From assembly GCA_015256915.3 (NCBI GenBank), contig CP076101.2:420001-452000 (forward strand): a stretch of 32,000 nt of DNA, read 5' to 3'. The DNA comes from Candidatus Saccharimonas sp. Lineage in GTDB: Bacteria > Patescibacteriota > Saccharimonadia > Saccharimonadales > Saccharimonadaceae. Position 1 is the stretch's first letter; every line of letters begins with the position of its first letter. The notes under the pieces are model-generated. The model did not search any database, had not been told where the DNA came from, and was given only the letters and a program-made list of their open reading frames with translations. Of the stretch, positions 1-7,996 are shown piece by piece. The position numbers and the translations under genes are program-made.

Positions 1-1044
1 CTGTTCATGATAATGGAAACTCGCCGCCAAACCGCGCTCGGCAAATTCATGCATGTCGCGAGTTCGAATTTGAAACTCCGCAATCAGTTTCGAAGGAGTA
101 ATTACTGTTGTGTGAAGTGATTGATAGCCATTTGGCTTTGGCATTGAAATATAATCTTTGATTCGTTCAATCATCGGTTTATAAATCGAATGCAAAATCC
201 CCAGAACACGATAGCAATCATCTTTCGAATTTACAATAATCCGCAGAGCCATCAAATCATAAACTCGGTCAATATCACCTTTTGTCTTTTTTAATTTTTT
301 ATGAAGTGAATAAACACTTTTTACGCGGCCAGAAATTTCAAAATCTAAACCAGCCTTTTTCAATTCCTGTTCAACCTCTTCTCGAACTTTTCCTAGTTTT
401 CGTGTGCTTTTACCAAGACGCTTTCGAATTTCATTTTCAAGCCGTTTATATTCTTTCGGGTTTAAATACAAAAAAGCTTGCTCTTCCATCTGCATTCGAA
501 CTCGCCCCATTCCTAAACGATCGGCGATTCTTGCGAAAACATCCAAAGTTTCACGAGCGATTTTTTTCTGTTTTTCGGGCGACATATATTGCAAAGTTTG
601 AACATTATGCAATCTATCAGCCAACTTAATAATAACCACTCGCACATCTTGCCCAACAGCAATCAATAATTTCGAAAGGTTGTCTTTAGTTTGAGGTAGA
701 TAGGTTTCAAGATCACCCATTCCAGCACGTGCTTTACCAACTTTAGTTACACCGTCAACCAAAAACGCAATATCGTCATCAAAATTTTCAGCAATTTCAT
801 CAAGGGGAGTTTCAGTATCTTCAACAACATCATGCAAAACACCAGCAATAATCGTGTCAATGTCCATCCCCCATTCAACCAAAAAACTCGCAACTTTCAA
901 AGGGTGCGTTATATATTCTTCACCAGATTTTCGCATTTGGCCTTTATGTTTTTCGGTAGCAAATTCAATCGCTTTTTCTAGTCTTTTTATATCTTCCGCC
1001 GAATAAAACGGTTTTGCAATTCTCAAGAGTTCTGCCTTTTCCAT
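1..1044 (-). CDS. rel: RelA/SpoT-family (p)ppGpp synthetase/hydrolase, N-terminal part; the gene runs off the left edge
   Basis: Absent from the ORF track because there is no stop in the window. My minus-strand translation from ATG 1044-1042 reads MEKAELLRIAKPFY...KHKGQMRKSGEEYITHPLKVA...AGVLHDVVEDT (HD hydrolase motif). It continues ...GRVKSVYSLHKKLKK...DLMALRIIV...YISMPKPNGYQSLHTTV (RelA_SpoT synthetase core) and is open to position 1. Confidence 0.9.
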   Translation of the reverse strand, partial: MEKAELLRIAKPFYSAEDIKRLEKAIEFATEKHKGQMRKSGEEYITHPLKVASFLVEWGMDIDTIIAGVLHDVVEDTETPLDEIAENFDDDIAFLVDGVTKVGKARAGMGDLETYLPQTKDNLSKLLIAVGQDVRVVIIKLADRLHNVQTLQYMSPEKQKKIARETLDVFARIADRLGMGRVRMQMEEQAFLYLNPKEYKRLENEIRKRLGKSTRKLGKVREEVEQELKKAGLDFEISGRVKSVYSLHKKLKKTKGDIDRVYDLMALRIIVNSKDDCYRVLGILHSIYKPMIERIKDYISMPKPNGYQSLHTTVITPSKLIAEFQIRTRDMHEFAERGLAASFHYHEQ

Positions 1045-1050
1045 ATATTA

Positions 1051-1078
1051 ATTATACACTTTTTTTGATAAAAGTAAA
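1051..1078 (-). promoter_or_regulatory. Predicted sigma70 promoter of rel: TTTACT-16-TATAAT, with the -10 ending 6 nt before the ATG (leaderless)
   Basis: The minus strand reads TTTACTtttatcaaaaaaagtgTATAATtaatatATG. There is no Shine-Dalgarno. Confidence 0.5.
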
Positions 1079-1110
1079 GCTTTTACATTTTTAGCAGAAT
1101 TTCACTAAAT

Positions 1111-1136
1111 AAAAACTGAGTATTTTTACTCAGTTT
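1111..1136 (-). terminator. Intrinsic terminator downstream of ppa
   Basis: The minus strand reads AAACTGAGTAaaaaTACTCAGTTTTT, a stem followed by a T-run. Confidence 0.65.
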
Positions 1137-1151
1137 CCAATTTATTTATAA

Positions 1152-1682
1152 CTATTTTTCGTTCCAGCGAACAATCGATTCGGCAATAACTTCTTTTGCT
1201 TCTTCTATGTCGCCAAATTTCTCAACTTTTGTTGTGCCAGCTTTTTTCAAATCTTTGTAGTGATTAAAGTGAAATTCAATCTGTTTAATAAGTTGCTCTG
1301 GTAAATCAGCCAAAGTTTTATAAGCATTTCCAGTGTTACGGTCGTCGGCGGGAACGGCAATAATTTTGTCGTCAACTTCTCCATCATCAACGAATTTCAT
1401 TACACCTAAGATTCGTGCTTCTAGGAAAATTCCAGTTGTAAGTGGATCATTTGTAATAAGTAAAACATCAAGCTCATCGCCATCTTCATCCAAAGTTTGC
1501 GGAATAAAACCATAATTAGTTGGCTTTGCAAAAGCTTTTGGTTCCACGCGATCAAGTTGCATTACAGCCAAATCACGATTCCATTCAATTTTGTGAGTTG
1601 AGCCAGTTGGAATTTCCACCACAACATTAATAATTCCATTTTTATAATCACCAGGAGTTAAAATTTTATTAAAATCTGCCAT
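1152..1682 (-). CDS. ppa: Inorganic pyrophosphatase (family I)
   Basis: ORF 1152..1715 is trimmed to the ATG at 1682, which is preceded by GAAAGGAAAAT. The sequence MADFNKILTPGDY...VVVEIPTGSTHKIEW...YGFIPQTLDEDGDELDVLL...DDKIIAV is typical of soluble PPase. Confidence 0.95.
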   Translation of the reverse strand: MADFNKILTPGDYKNGIINVVVEIPTGSTHKIEWNRDLAVMQLDRVEPKAFAKPTNYGFIPQTLDEDGDELDVLLITNDPLTTGIFLEARILGVMKFVDDGEVDDKIIAVPADDRNTGNAYKTLADLPEQLIKQIEFHFNHYKDLKKAGTTKVEKFGDIEEAKEVIAESIVRWNEK

Positions 1683-1737
1683 ATTTTCCTTTCTTTTATT
1701 CTTTAATTTTAGCAAAAAAACTTTAAAAGTTCAACCG

Positions 1738-2625
1738 TTAATCACGATTAGCAAGCTTAACTAAACTATCTTCTACCGTTTTTTGAGTTCGATGGCGAGT
1801 TTGAGTTTTAGTTTTAGCTTTCGAATTCTGCTTAATATTTTTTGATTTTTTAGAAGATTCTTTCGTTTTTTTTCCGCCTGTTACATTTTTTAAAACTGGT
1901 GCTCGCCCTTTACTTTTTTGAGTCTCAACTTTCGAAACCTTAACACTAGCAGGTCGTGCAAACATCATCTTTCCTGCGGCAGTTTGAAGCGAACGAATAA
2001 ATTCAACTTCACTAATCGTACCAATCAATCCTTCGCCATTTTCAACTACAACCATCGTACCATCTGGTAAATGCCCAATTCCTTGTTTTTTCTCATTACC
2101 TTTTTGAGTAATTTCAAGCATAATTTTTTCGCCTGGTAAATAGTCTGCACGAACTGACTGAACCAACTCATTAATATTTAAAACTTCAATTCCCTCAACT
2201 TTTGCAACTTTATTCAAGTTGTAGTCTGCCGTTAAGATATCAGCATTCATTTTTTTGGCGAGCGAAATCAAACGATTATCTACCCCTTCTTCTGCAGAAT
2301 TTCCATCCGCCAAAATGCTTACAGTTATTTTTTCTTCATTTTGAAGAGCTGAAATAATATCCAAGCCATATCTTGCACGAACTCGTTTTTCATCATCGCC
2401 ACCATCCGCCAAAATTTGAAGCTCACCGACTACACTCCGCGGAATCAGAATATCAAAATTAATAAATCCAGTTCTCGCTACTGCTAAAAATCGGCCATCA
2501 ATTAAAATTGATGTGTCAACTAGTACTTGTTTTTTTGTTTTCGAAATCAACGGTTTATCATTTTTCGAATCAAACCAAATTCCGCAAACAATAAATAAAA
2601 TTAAAAATAGTAAAAATGTTTCCAT
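1738..2625 (-). CDS. Membrane-anchored PIN + TRAM domain protein (YacL-like) with a lysine-rich C-terminal tail
   Basis: It has an N-terminal TM helix, then VLVDTSILIDGRF (PIN), then a C-terminal TRAM-like segment GEKIMLEITQKG...GIGHLPDGTMVVVE. It lies directly downstream of radA, as yacL does in Firmicutes. The RBS AAGGAAAG precedes the start. Confidence 0.8.
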   Translation of the reverse strand: METFLLFLILFIVCGIWFDSKNDKPLISKTKKQVLVDTSILIDGRFLAVARTGFINFDILIPRSVVGELQILADGGDDEKRVRARYGLDIISALQNEEKITVSILADGNSAEEGVDNRLISLAKKMNADILTADYNLNKVAKVEGIEVLNINELVQSVRADYLPGEKIMLEITQKGNEKKQGIGHLPDGTMVVVENGEGLIGTISEVEFIRSLQTAAGKMMFARPASVKVSKVETQKSKGRAPVLKNVTGGKKTKESSKKSKNIKQNSKAKTKTQTRHRTQKTVEDSLVKLANRD

Positions 2626-2633
2626 ACTTTCCT

Positions 2634-3986
2634 TTATTGTAAATATTTAATTAAAGCTTCTCGCAAATCACGAACAGATGTCACAATGCTATCTTTCGAA
2701 GAATTTTTTGGAGCAAGAACATTGTTAAACCCAAGTTTCTTTGCTTCAGAGATTCTTCTTTCAGTCTGAATCACTGTTCGAATTTCGCCGCCCAAGCCAA
2801 CTTCACCAAAAACTACTACACCATCAGAGAGTTTTCGCTTTGCAGCTGCCGAAGCGATCGCCATGGCAACAGCCAAGTCGGCTGCTCGGTCGTCAAGTTT
2901 TAACCCACCAACCACATTTATATGAATATCTTTATCACTTAAATCAAGTTTAGTTCGTCGCTGAAGAACTGCGATCAATAAATTGAGGCGATTTATATCA
3001 AATCCACTTGCTGCCCGTTTTGGATACCCAAAATTTGAGGTTGTTACTAAAGCCTGAATCTCAACCAAAATCGGGCGAGTTCCTTCTAGAGTTGCCATAA
3101 TTATTGAGCCATCCGTATTTTGGCGCTCAGCTAAAAGTGCCGCTGAAGGATTTTCGACAATTTTCAAACCATTATCAACCATTTCAAAAATCGCCGCCCC
3201 ACTAGTTGAACCATAGCGATTTTTTACCGCCCGTACAACTTTAAAGCCACCATATCGGTCTCCTTCGAAATTTAAAACTACATCAACTAGATGTTCAAGT
3301 GTTTTTGGCCCAGCGATTGAACCTTCTTTTGTAATATGGCCAACCAAAATAACAGCCGTTCCAGAACTTTTTGCTGCTTGAATTATTAAATTAGAAGAAT
3401 TCGTAATTTGCGAAACCGTTCCTGGTGCGCTCGAAATTTCTTCCATCGCCAAAGTTTGAATTGAGTCAATAATCACTAGGTCAAAGCCGCTCTCACGAAT
3501 TGTTGCTGAGATATCATCAGCCGAAGTTGAGGCAGCAAATTTAAGATTTTTGGCTTTAGAAGCACCAAGCCTTTTTGCACGTAATGCTACTTGCTCTGCC
3601 GATTCTTCACCTGAAACATACAAAACATTTTTCGAACCAGCAATAAAAGCTGAAATCTGCATTAAAAGCGTAGATTTTCCGATTCCAGGCTGTCCCGCAA
3701 TCAAAAGTACTCCTGCCGGCAAAATTCCACCACCCAAAACAATATCAAGATCTCTTATACCGCTCGAAATTCTTTCTTGTTTTTTTTCAGAAATAACTTC
3801 ATTCAAATCTTGCACATTCAAAATACGACCAGTTTTCGCACTTTTACTGATTGCGTTTTTTCCTAAAGCCTCTTCAACTTGCTCAACCAAGGTATTCCAA
3901 TGGCCACAGTTTTCACATTTTCCCGACCATTTAGGATAAGAAGCTCCACAATTTTGACATACAAATTTTGTTTTTAACTTCGCCAC
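2634..3986 (-). CDS. radA: DNA repair protein RadA/Sms
   Basis: The protein begins with the zinc ribbon CQNCGASYPKWSGKCENCGHWNT. It carries the Walker A motif GQPGIGKST and a KNRYG motif, followed by a Lon-like C-terminal domain. The start codon is GTG. Confidence 0.95.
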   Translation of the reverse strand: MAKLKTKFVCQNCGASYPKWSGKCENCGHWNTLVEQVEEALGKNAISKSAKTGRILNVQDLNEVISEKKQERISSGIRDLDIVLGGGILPAGVLLIAGQPGIGKSTLLMQISAFIAGSKNVLYVSGEESAEQVALRAKRLGASKAKNLKFAASTSADDISATIRESGFDLVIIDSIQTLAMEEISSAPGTVSQITNSSNLIIQAAKSSGTAVILVGHITKEGSIAGPKTLEHLVDVVLNFEGDRYGGFKVVRAVKNRYGSTSGAAIFEMVDNGLKIVENPSAALLAERQNTDGSIIMATLEGTRPILVEIQALVTTSNFGYPKRAASGFDINRLNLLIAVLQRRTKLDLSDKDIHINVVGGLKLDDRAADLAVAMAIASAAAKRKLSDGVVVFGEVGLGGEIRTVIQTERRISEAKKLGFNNVLAPKNSSKDSIVTSVRDLREALIKYLQ

Positions 3987-4022
3987 AACTAATATTTTAT
4001 CACAATAAATCTTTTTTGAAAA

Positions 4023-5015
4023 CTATAAACTTGGTGAATTTAAATTTGAATTTATACTTTTATAGAGTTCATTTTGCTGGACTGAAACTTCATTAAATTC
4101 ATTAATTTTCGAATTGTAACTATTCACTAAATTATTAATTTTCAACCTTGAATTTTCAAGATTTCGAATTCTTTGCAATAATTTTGCACGGTCAGCGTTA
4201 AATTCCGCCCGAGTTTCATACTTTCCAGTTTTAGCATCATTATTAAACTCGGCAATATCTTCCTCCAATTCTCTAGAATCTTCAGAGTATTTTTTCGTAG
4301 ATTGTTCGATCTCTGACTTCATTTTTTCAAGCTCTGCGGTCAAAGCTTCTGCTCGATTCTTTAAATCTTTAAAGTTTTTATTATAACTTTGATAGATCTG
4401 AGCGATTTCTCTACGATTTTTAAAAAACTTAGCATAATGTTCTTCAAGCTCTTTCGAGATTTCCAGCTGCTCAGTACCAATTAAGGAATGAAGCTCATTG
4501 ATTCTCTCACCAGGCTCAGTCCGATCATAAGATTGCATCAACTTTTCGAAATCTGCATCTTTAACCCTCTCATACTCAGCATTAAGCAGTTTGCCAATCT
4601 TATCTCGTTCGCTCAAGCTCATTCGCTCCCAAATTGCATGCAAAAGCTCGTGAGCCGCCGTTACCTCTTTTATACCGTCAAGTTTCAAGTTTTTTACATC
4701 ATAAAGATGAATTTTACCCAACTTATAACACCCCAAAATTGCTGAATCTTCTTCACGATTTTTGCAATTTTCATTAAATTTCTCTGAATCTTCAACCTTT
4801 GGGTTAGAAGCGTAAAAAATTGTCTTAGCATTAGTGGTTGGTTTAATTTTATTTTCTATTTTTAAAATTTCAGAATCTGGCTTATAATTTTGTGCTGCAA
4901 AATAATCACGGATCCCGTGTTGATTAAATAACACAAAAAATGCTGCACTACCAAGAATAGCAATAACTACTAAAGTTCGAGCTACTCTCCAAAAAGTTTT
5001 ATGTTGAAAAATCAT
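4023..5015 (-). CDS. Hypothetical membrane-anchored protein with an HExxH motif and a long C-terminal coiled coil (putative zinc metallopeptidase)
   Basis: It has an N-terminal TM helix (LVVIAILGSAAFFVLF) and the motif VTAAHELLHAIWERM. The C-terminal ~150 aa are heptad-like and E/K/N-rich. The function is not recognised. Confidence 0.6.
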   Translation of the reverse strand: MIFQHKTFWRVARTLVVIAILGSAAFFVLFNQHGIRDYFAAQNYKPDSEILKIENKIKPTTNAKTIFYASNPKVEDSEKFNENCKNREEDSAILGCYKLGKIHLYDVKNLKLDGIKEVTAAHELLHAIWERMSLSERDKIGKLLNAEYERVKDADFEKLMQSYDRTEPGERINELHSLIGTEQLEISKELEEHYAKFFKNRREIAQIYQSYNKNFKDLKNRAEALTAELEKMKSEIEQSTKKYSEDSRELEEDIAEFNNDAKTGKYETRAEFNADRAKLLQRIRNLENSRLKINNLVNSYNSKINEFNEVSVQQNELYKSINSNLNSPSL

Positions 5016-5053
5016 ATCATAACCATTATAATATTTTTATGAGAAAAAAGCAA
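5004..5053. promoter_or_regulatory. Back-to-back divergent promoters sharing the palindrome ATTATAAT as overlapping -10 boxes
   Basis: The plus strand reads TTGAAA(5004-5009)-17-TATAAT(5027-5032)-6 nt-ATG 5039. The minus strand reads TTGCTT(5053-5048)-17-TATAAT(5030-5025)-9 nt-ATG 5015. The whole intergenic spacer is 23 bp. Confidence 0.55.
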
Positions 5054-5716
5054 AGTATTTTTCGAAGAAGGAGAATTTTTGGTTTATTTTTTATAGCCAT
5101 AATCGCAATTGCATCAATTTTAGCAAATCCAGATTTTTGGCAAACTTCAAAACTAGATTCAAATAAAAAATCAGATTCTCAAACTTCTTTAACTGATTTA
5201 AACTCACTTGAAGTTAAAGGTCGTTCACCAAAAACTGGTTATTCTCGCGAGCAATTTGGTAAAGGCTGGACAAAAGATTCTAGCGGTTGCGATACACGAA
5301 ACCGTATTTTAAAACGTGATTTAATAAATGCTGTAGAAAATTCGGATTGCAAAATTTTAAGCGGAACCCTAAAAGACCCTTATACTGGCAAAGAAATTAA
5401 TTTTTCACGTAAGCAAAATGCTTCTGCTGTTCAAATAGACCACGTCGTTGCACTTTCTGATGCTTGGCAAAAGGGCGCTCAACAATTTTCGAAAGAAAAA
5501 CGAATCGAATTTGCGAATGATCCGCTAAATCTTTTAGCTTCAGATGGCCCAGCCAATCAGCAAAAAGGTGATTCTGACGCCGGCTCTTGGCTTCCTTCAA
5601 ATAAAGATTTTCGCTGTGAATATATTTCTCGCCAAATTTCAATCAAGAAAAAATACTCAATTTGGGTAACTGCCTCTGAAAAATCAGCAATGCAAAATAT
5701 TTTGCAAAATTGCTAA
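5039..5716 (+). CDS. Signal-anchored HNH/DUF1524-type nuclease (GmrSD C-terminal nuclease fold), probably extracytoplasmic
   Basis: It has an N-terminal anchor IFGLFFIAIIAIASILA. The motifs are GYSREQFGKGW...CDTRNRILKRDL...VQIDHVVALSDAW...NDPLNLLASDGPANQQKGDSDAGSWLP, as in secreted DUF1524 nucleases of Actinobacteria. Confidence 0.75.
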   Translation: MRKKQSIFRRRRIFGLFFIAIIAIASILANPDFWQTSKLDSNKKSDSQTSLTDLNSLEVKGRSPKTGYSREQFGKGWTKDSSGCDTRNRILKRDLINAVENSDCKILSGTLKDPYTGKEINFSRKQNASAVQIDHVVALSDAWQKGAQQFSKEKRIEFANDPLNLLASDGPANQQKGDSDAGSWLPSNKDFRCEYISRQISIKKKYSIWVTASEKSAMQNILQNC

Positions 5717-6702
5717 TCAGTAATTTCAAACCAATCAAACTTTTTAAAATTCTCGCCCTCAACTATTGCCGCAGCAAGCCGCATCTCGCTATTTTTTATA
5801 TTATTTTTGTAAGCAAAAAATTCTGCCGCAAATCGCATTTGATCCACTTTATTCTTTGAAATTGCAGCCTCTCCACCACCAAAATCATTATTTTTTCGAA
5901 ATTTAACCTCTGTAAAATAGTAATTTTCACCATATTTCGAAATAATATCAATTTCACAAAATTTTGTTCGCCAATTTCGCGCCAGAATCTCGTGTTTCTC
6001 TTGCTTTAGAAATTCCGCTACAAAATCCTCAGCTTTATCACCAAGCTCTTTTGTAGTAATTTTTTCAGCTTTCTTCACCTTAAAGGTATTCATGTTCTTA
6101 TTTTGAGAATTTTCTAAGAATTCCGCTATTGGCTTAAAACTTTTGCGATGTATTTTGCTCACTCCAAATTCAGACAAAGCTGCCCTATGTTTTGGTGTTC
6201 CATATCCTGCGTGATTTTCAAAGCAAAAAGGTGCAAGCTCAGGTTTTTTCGAAAGTTCTGCCATAAAATTATCCCTCGCAACTTTCGCACAAATTGCAGC
6301 TGCAGAAACGCTTAAAATTAGTAAATCAGCCTTTTTAAGAGTGGAGGCATATTTTTCAAGTGGTGTGCCAGCCAAGAAATTTACAGTGCCATCAATTATA
6401 ATTTCATTAAATTTGATATTTTGTTTTTTACATTTTATCTGCACTTCCTTAACAGCTCGCCTTGTTGCAAGTTTTAAAGCAGCGCTCAAACCAATTTCAT
6501 CAAGCTCATCGTTCGAAACCCAACCCAAGCCAATAATTGCAGAACTTTTAGAAATCTCTGCCGATAGCTTCTCTCTCTGCTTTTTTGAAAGAGCTTTTGA
6601 ATCTGTTAGTCCTTTAATTTTAGCACCATTCAAAACGCAAGCACCCACAACCAAAGGCCCAGCCCACGCTCCACGACCAACTTCATCAATCCCGAGAACC
6701 AT
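5713..6702 (-). CDS. rnhB: RNase HII fused to a YraN (UPF0102) endonuclease-like domain
   Basis: The N-terminal part MVLGIDEVGRGAWAGPLVVGA...DSK is RNase HII. The C-terminal ~115 aa, LGDKAEDFVAEFLKQEKHEILARNWRTKFCEIDIISKYG..YFTEVKFRKN..FGGGEAAIS..K, match the YraN signature. The start is set at ATG 6702, preceded by TAGGAAATAAA; the ORF track start at 6720 is an alternative. Confidence 0.85.
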   Translation of the reverse strand: MVLGIDEVGRGAWAGPLVVGACVLNGAKIKGLTDSKALSKKQREKLSAEISKSSAIIGLGWVSNDELDEIGLSAALKLATRRAVKEVQIKCKKQNIKFNEIIIDGTVNFLAGTPLEKYASTLKKADLLILSVSAAAICAKVARDNFMAELSKKPELAPFCFENHAGYGTPKHRAALSEFGVSKIHRKSFKPIAEFLENSQNKNMNTFKVKKAEKITTKELGDKAEDFVAEFLKQEKHEILARNWRTKFCEIDIISKYGENYYFTEVKFRKNNDFGGGEAAISKNKVDQMRFAAEFFAYKNNIKNSEMRLAAAIVEGENFKKFDWFEITD

Positions 6703-6822
6703 TTTATTTCCTAAATACATGAAAATTACAATAAGAATCAGTTTTTAACTATTTTAACGAATATCTATGTAAACATACTAACAAAAAAATATGCCTTAGT
6801 CAATAAACTTAATTTTTAGGAG

Positions 6823-7366
6823 ATGATATAATTAAAACTATAAAAAAGCATAATTGCAATTATTGAAGTTGTTATAGTTATTGCAGTGGCTGGGCTGATA
6901 TTTTTAATGGTGTTTCTTGCAGTCCCTACTCTTGGGCGATCTCAAAGATATACGGCAAAAAAATGATGCCCGTAATCTTTTAGTTGCAATTATTCAATTT
7001 AAGACTAATAATGGCGGCAAGGTTCCCTTTAATGAAAATAACGATGCATGGACAGAACTTAAACCTTATTGGAATAAAAGCCCGTACTTAAATGATCGTC
7101 CTAATGGTTATATTGACAACTTCGGCTCCTTTAATTCTACCACAACTCAAATTGCTACATATAGTAGACTTGATAGTGGTTGGCGTAGGCTGGGCAGTTG
7201 GAGTATCGTTCTTGGCGCGATTTGCAAAAAAGCGATAGCGACAGATACTGTTTAAAATATAGCGGATCTGTTCCAACTAAAGATATTGCTATATTGGTAA
7301 GTATAGCTCGAGAGTGTTCCTACTAATAACAGTTGGGGATACTGCATAGATTCAGAAAGTAATTAA
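6823..7366 (+). pseudogene. Decayed type IV pilin paralog with in-frame stops and several frameshifts
   Basis: The first frame reads M-I-stop-L-K-L-stop-K-S-I-I-A-I-I-E-V-V-I-V-I-A-V-A-G-L-I-F-L-M-V-F-L-A-V-P-T-L-G-R-S-Q-R-Y-T. The intact pilin at 11682..12185 reads MKKLKLNSGFTIIEVVLVLAIAGLIFLMVFLALPTLQRSQRDT. The reading then shifts +1 near 6955 into ORF 6917..7255, and shifts twice more. It ends WGYCIDSESN-stop, compared with GGLYCFSSSN-stop in the paralog. Confidence 0.7.
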
Positions 7367-7395
7367 AAATAGAAGAATGATTATTCTTCTATTTT
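7365..7395. terminator. Bidirectional hairpin between the pilin pseudogene and the convergent ORF
   Basis: ATAGAAGAAT-gatt-ATTCTTCTAT forms a perfect 10-bp stem flanked by A and T runs. It overlaps the stop codon at 7381-7383. Confidence 0.6.
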
Positions 7396-7881
7396 AGTAT
7401 TTTTGTGGTTTAGCTGATTTTTAAGAATATCTCGTACCCAAAAAATAGTTTTGAGCTCTTCGCTAATATGCTGCTCTTCCACTCCAAAATCCAAATAATG
7501 CGCACTTGCTACTTCAATATTATCGGTATAAATCGTTAGATGCTGATCACCCATCCCGAAATCACCTACATTAAGATCGTGGCTTAAAATTTCATATCTT
7601 CCATCGGAATATAACTCCCAGGGTTGATCATAACCACCACCGTCACGTGCTAAATCTGGGTTATAGCTTTCATTTAGTTGCCCTTCATCAATAAGAGCGA
7701 GATTTGATAAATCTAAATCATCTATTGCTCTTTTAACATTTTCTGGTGATGATTTCAATGTATAATATTTGTTATAAGACGGTTGTTTTCGAAAACCCTT
7801 ATTTGCGTTTAACGCCCATTCAGCATAAGCGTTATCTAAAAGATATTGTTGAGTTTTTGACTTGTTTAAGCTTTTTTCCAC
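7381..7881 (-). CDS. Hypothetical acidic cytoplasmic protein (166 aa)
   Basis: It is the only long ORF here, with a GTG start preceded by AAGGAAtctt. I recognise no TM helix, signal peptide or family. Confidence 0.55.
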   Translation of the reverse strand: MEKSLNKSKTQQYLLDNAYAEWALNANKGFRKQPSYNKYYTLKSSPENVKRAIDDLDLSNLALIDEGQLNESYNPDLARDGGGYDQPWELYSDGRYEILSHDLNVGDFGMGDQHLTIYTDNIEVASAHYLDFGVEEQHISEELKTIFWVRDILKNQLNHKNTKIEE

Positions 7882-7996
7882 AAGATTCCTTTGATGAGAC
7901 TTTATAACCTTCGCCTAAAGTCATCTCAAACTCTAGGATAGTATAATAACATAATAATAGAATAAAGTCAATAGTAATAATACATTTTTATAAAAA

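Noticed and set aside
282-629. Plus-strand ORFs 282..629 and 404..601
   Set aside because: They lie antisense inside the clearly recognisable RelA/SpoT coding sequence. Their composition is low-complexity and typical of shadow frames.
6842-6925. Similarity between the pilin pseudogene N-terminus and the intact pilin (12090-12160), considered as a template/variable repeat pair of a diversity-generating retroelement
   Set aside because: The differences are not adenine-specific. The similar part is the conserved N-terminal helix, not a C-terminal variable region. There is no reverse transcriptase in the window.
6495-7749. About 1.2-kb stretch lacking any TTCGAA, considered as evidence that the pilin-pseudogene pocket is horizontally acquired
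   Set aside because: Gaps of similar size occur in core genes (for example 677-1829 across rel and ppa, and about 8830-9930). The absence is therefore not distinctive at this sample size.
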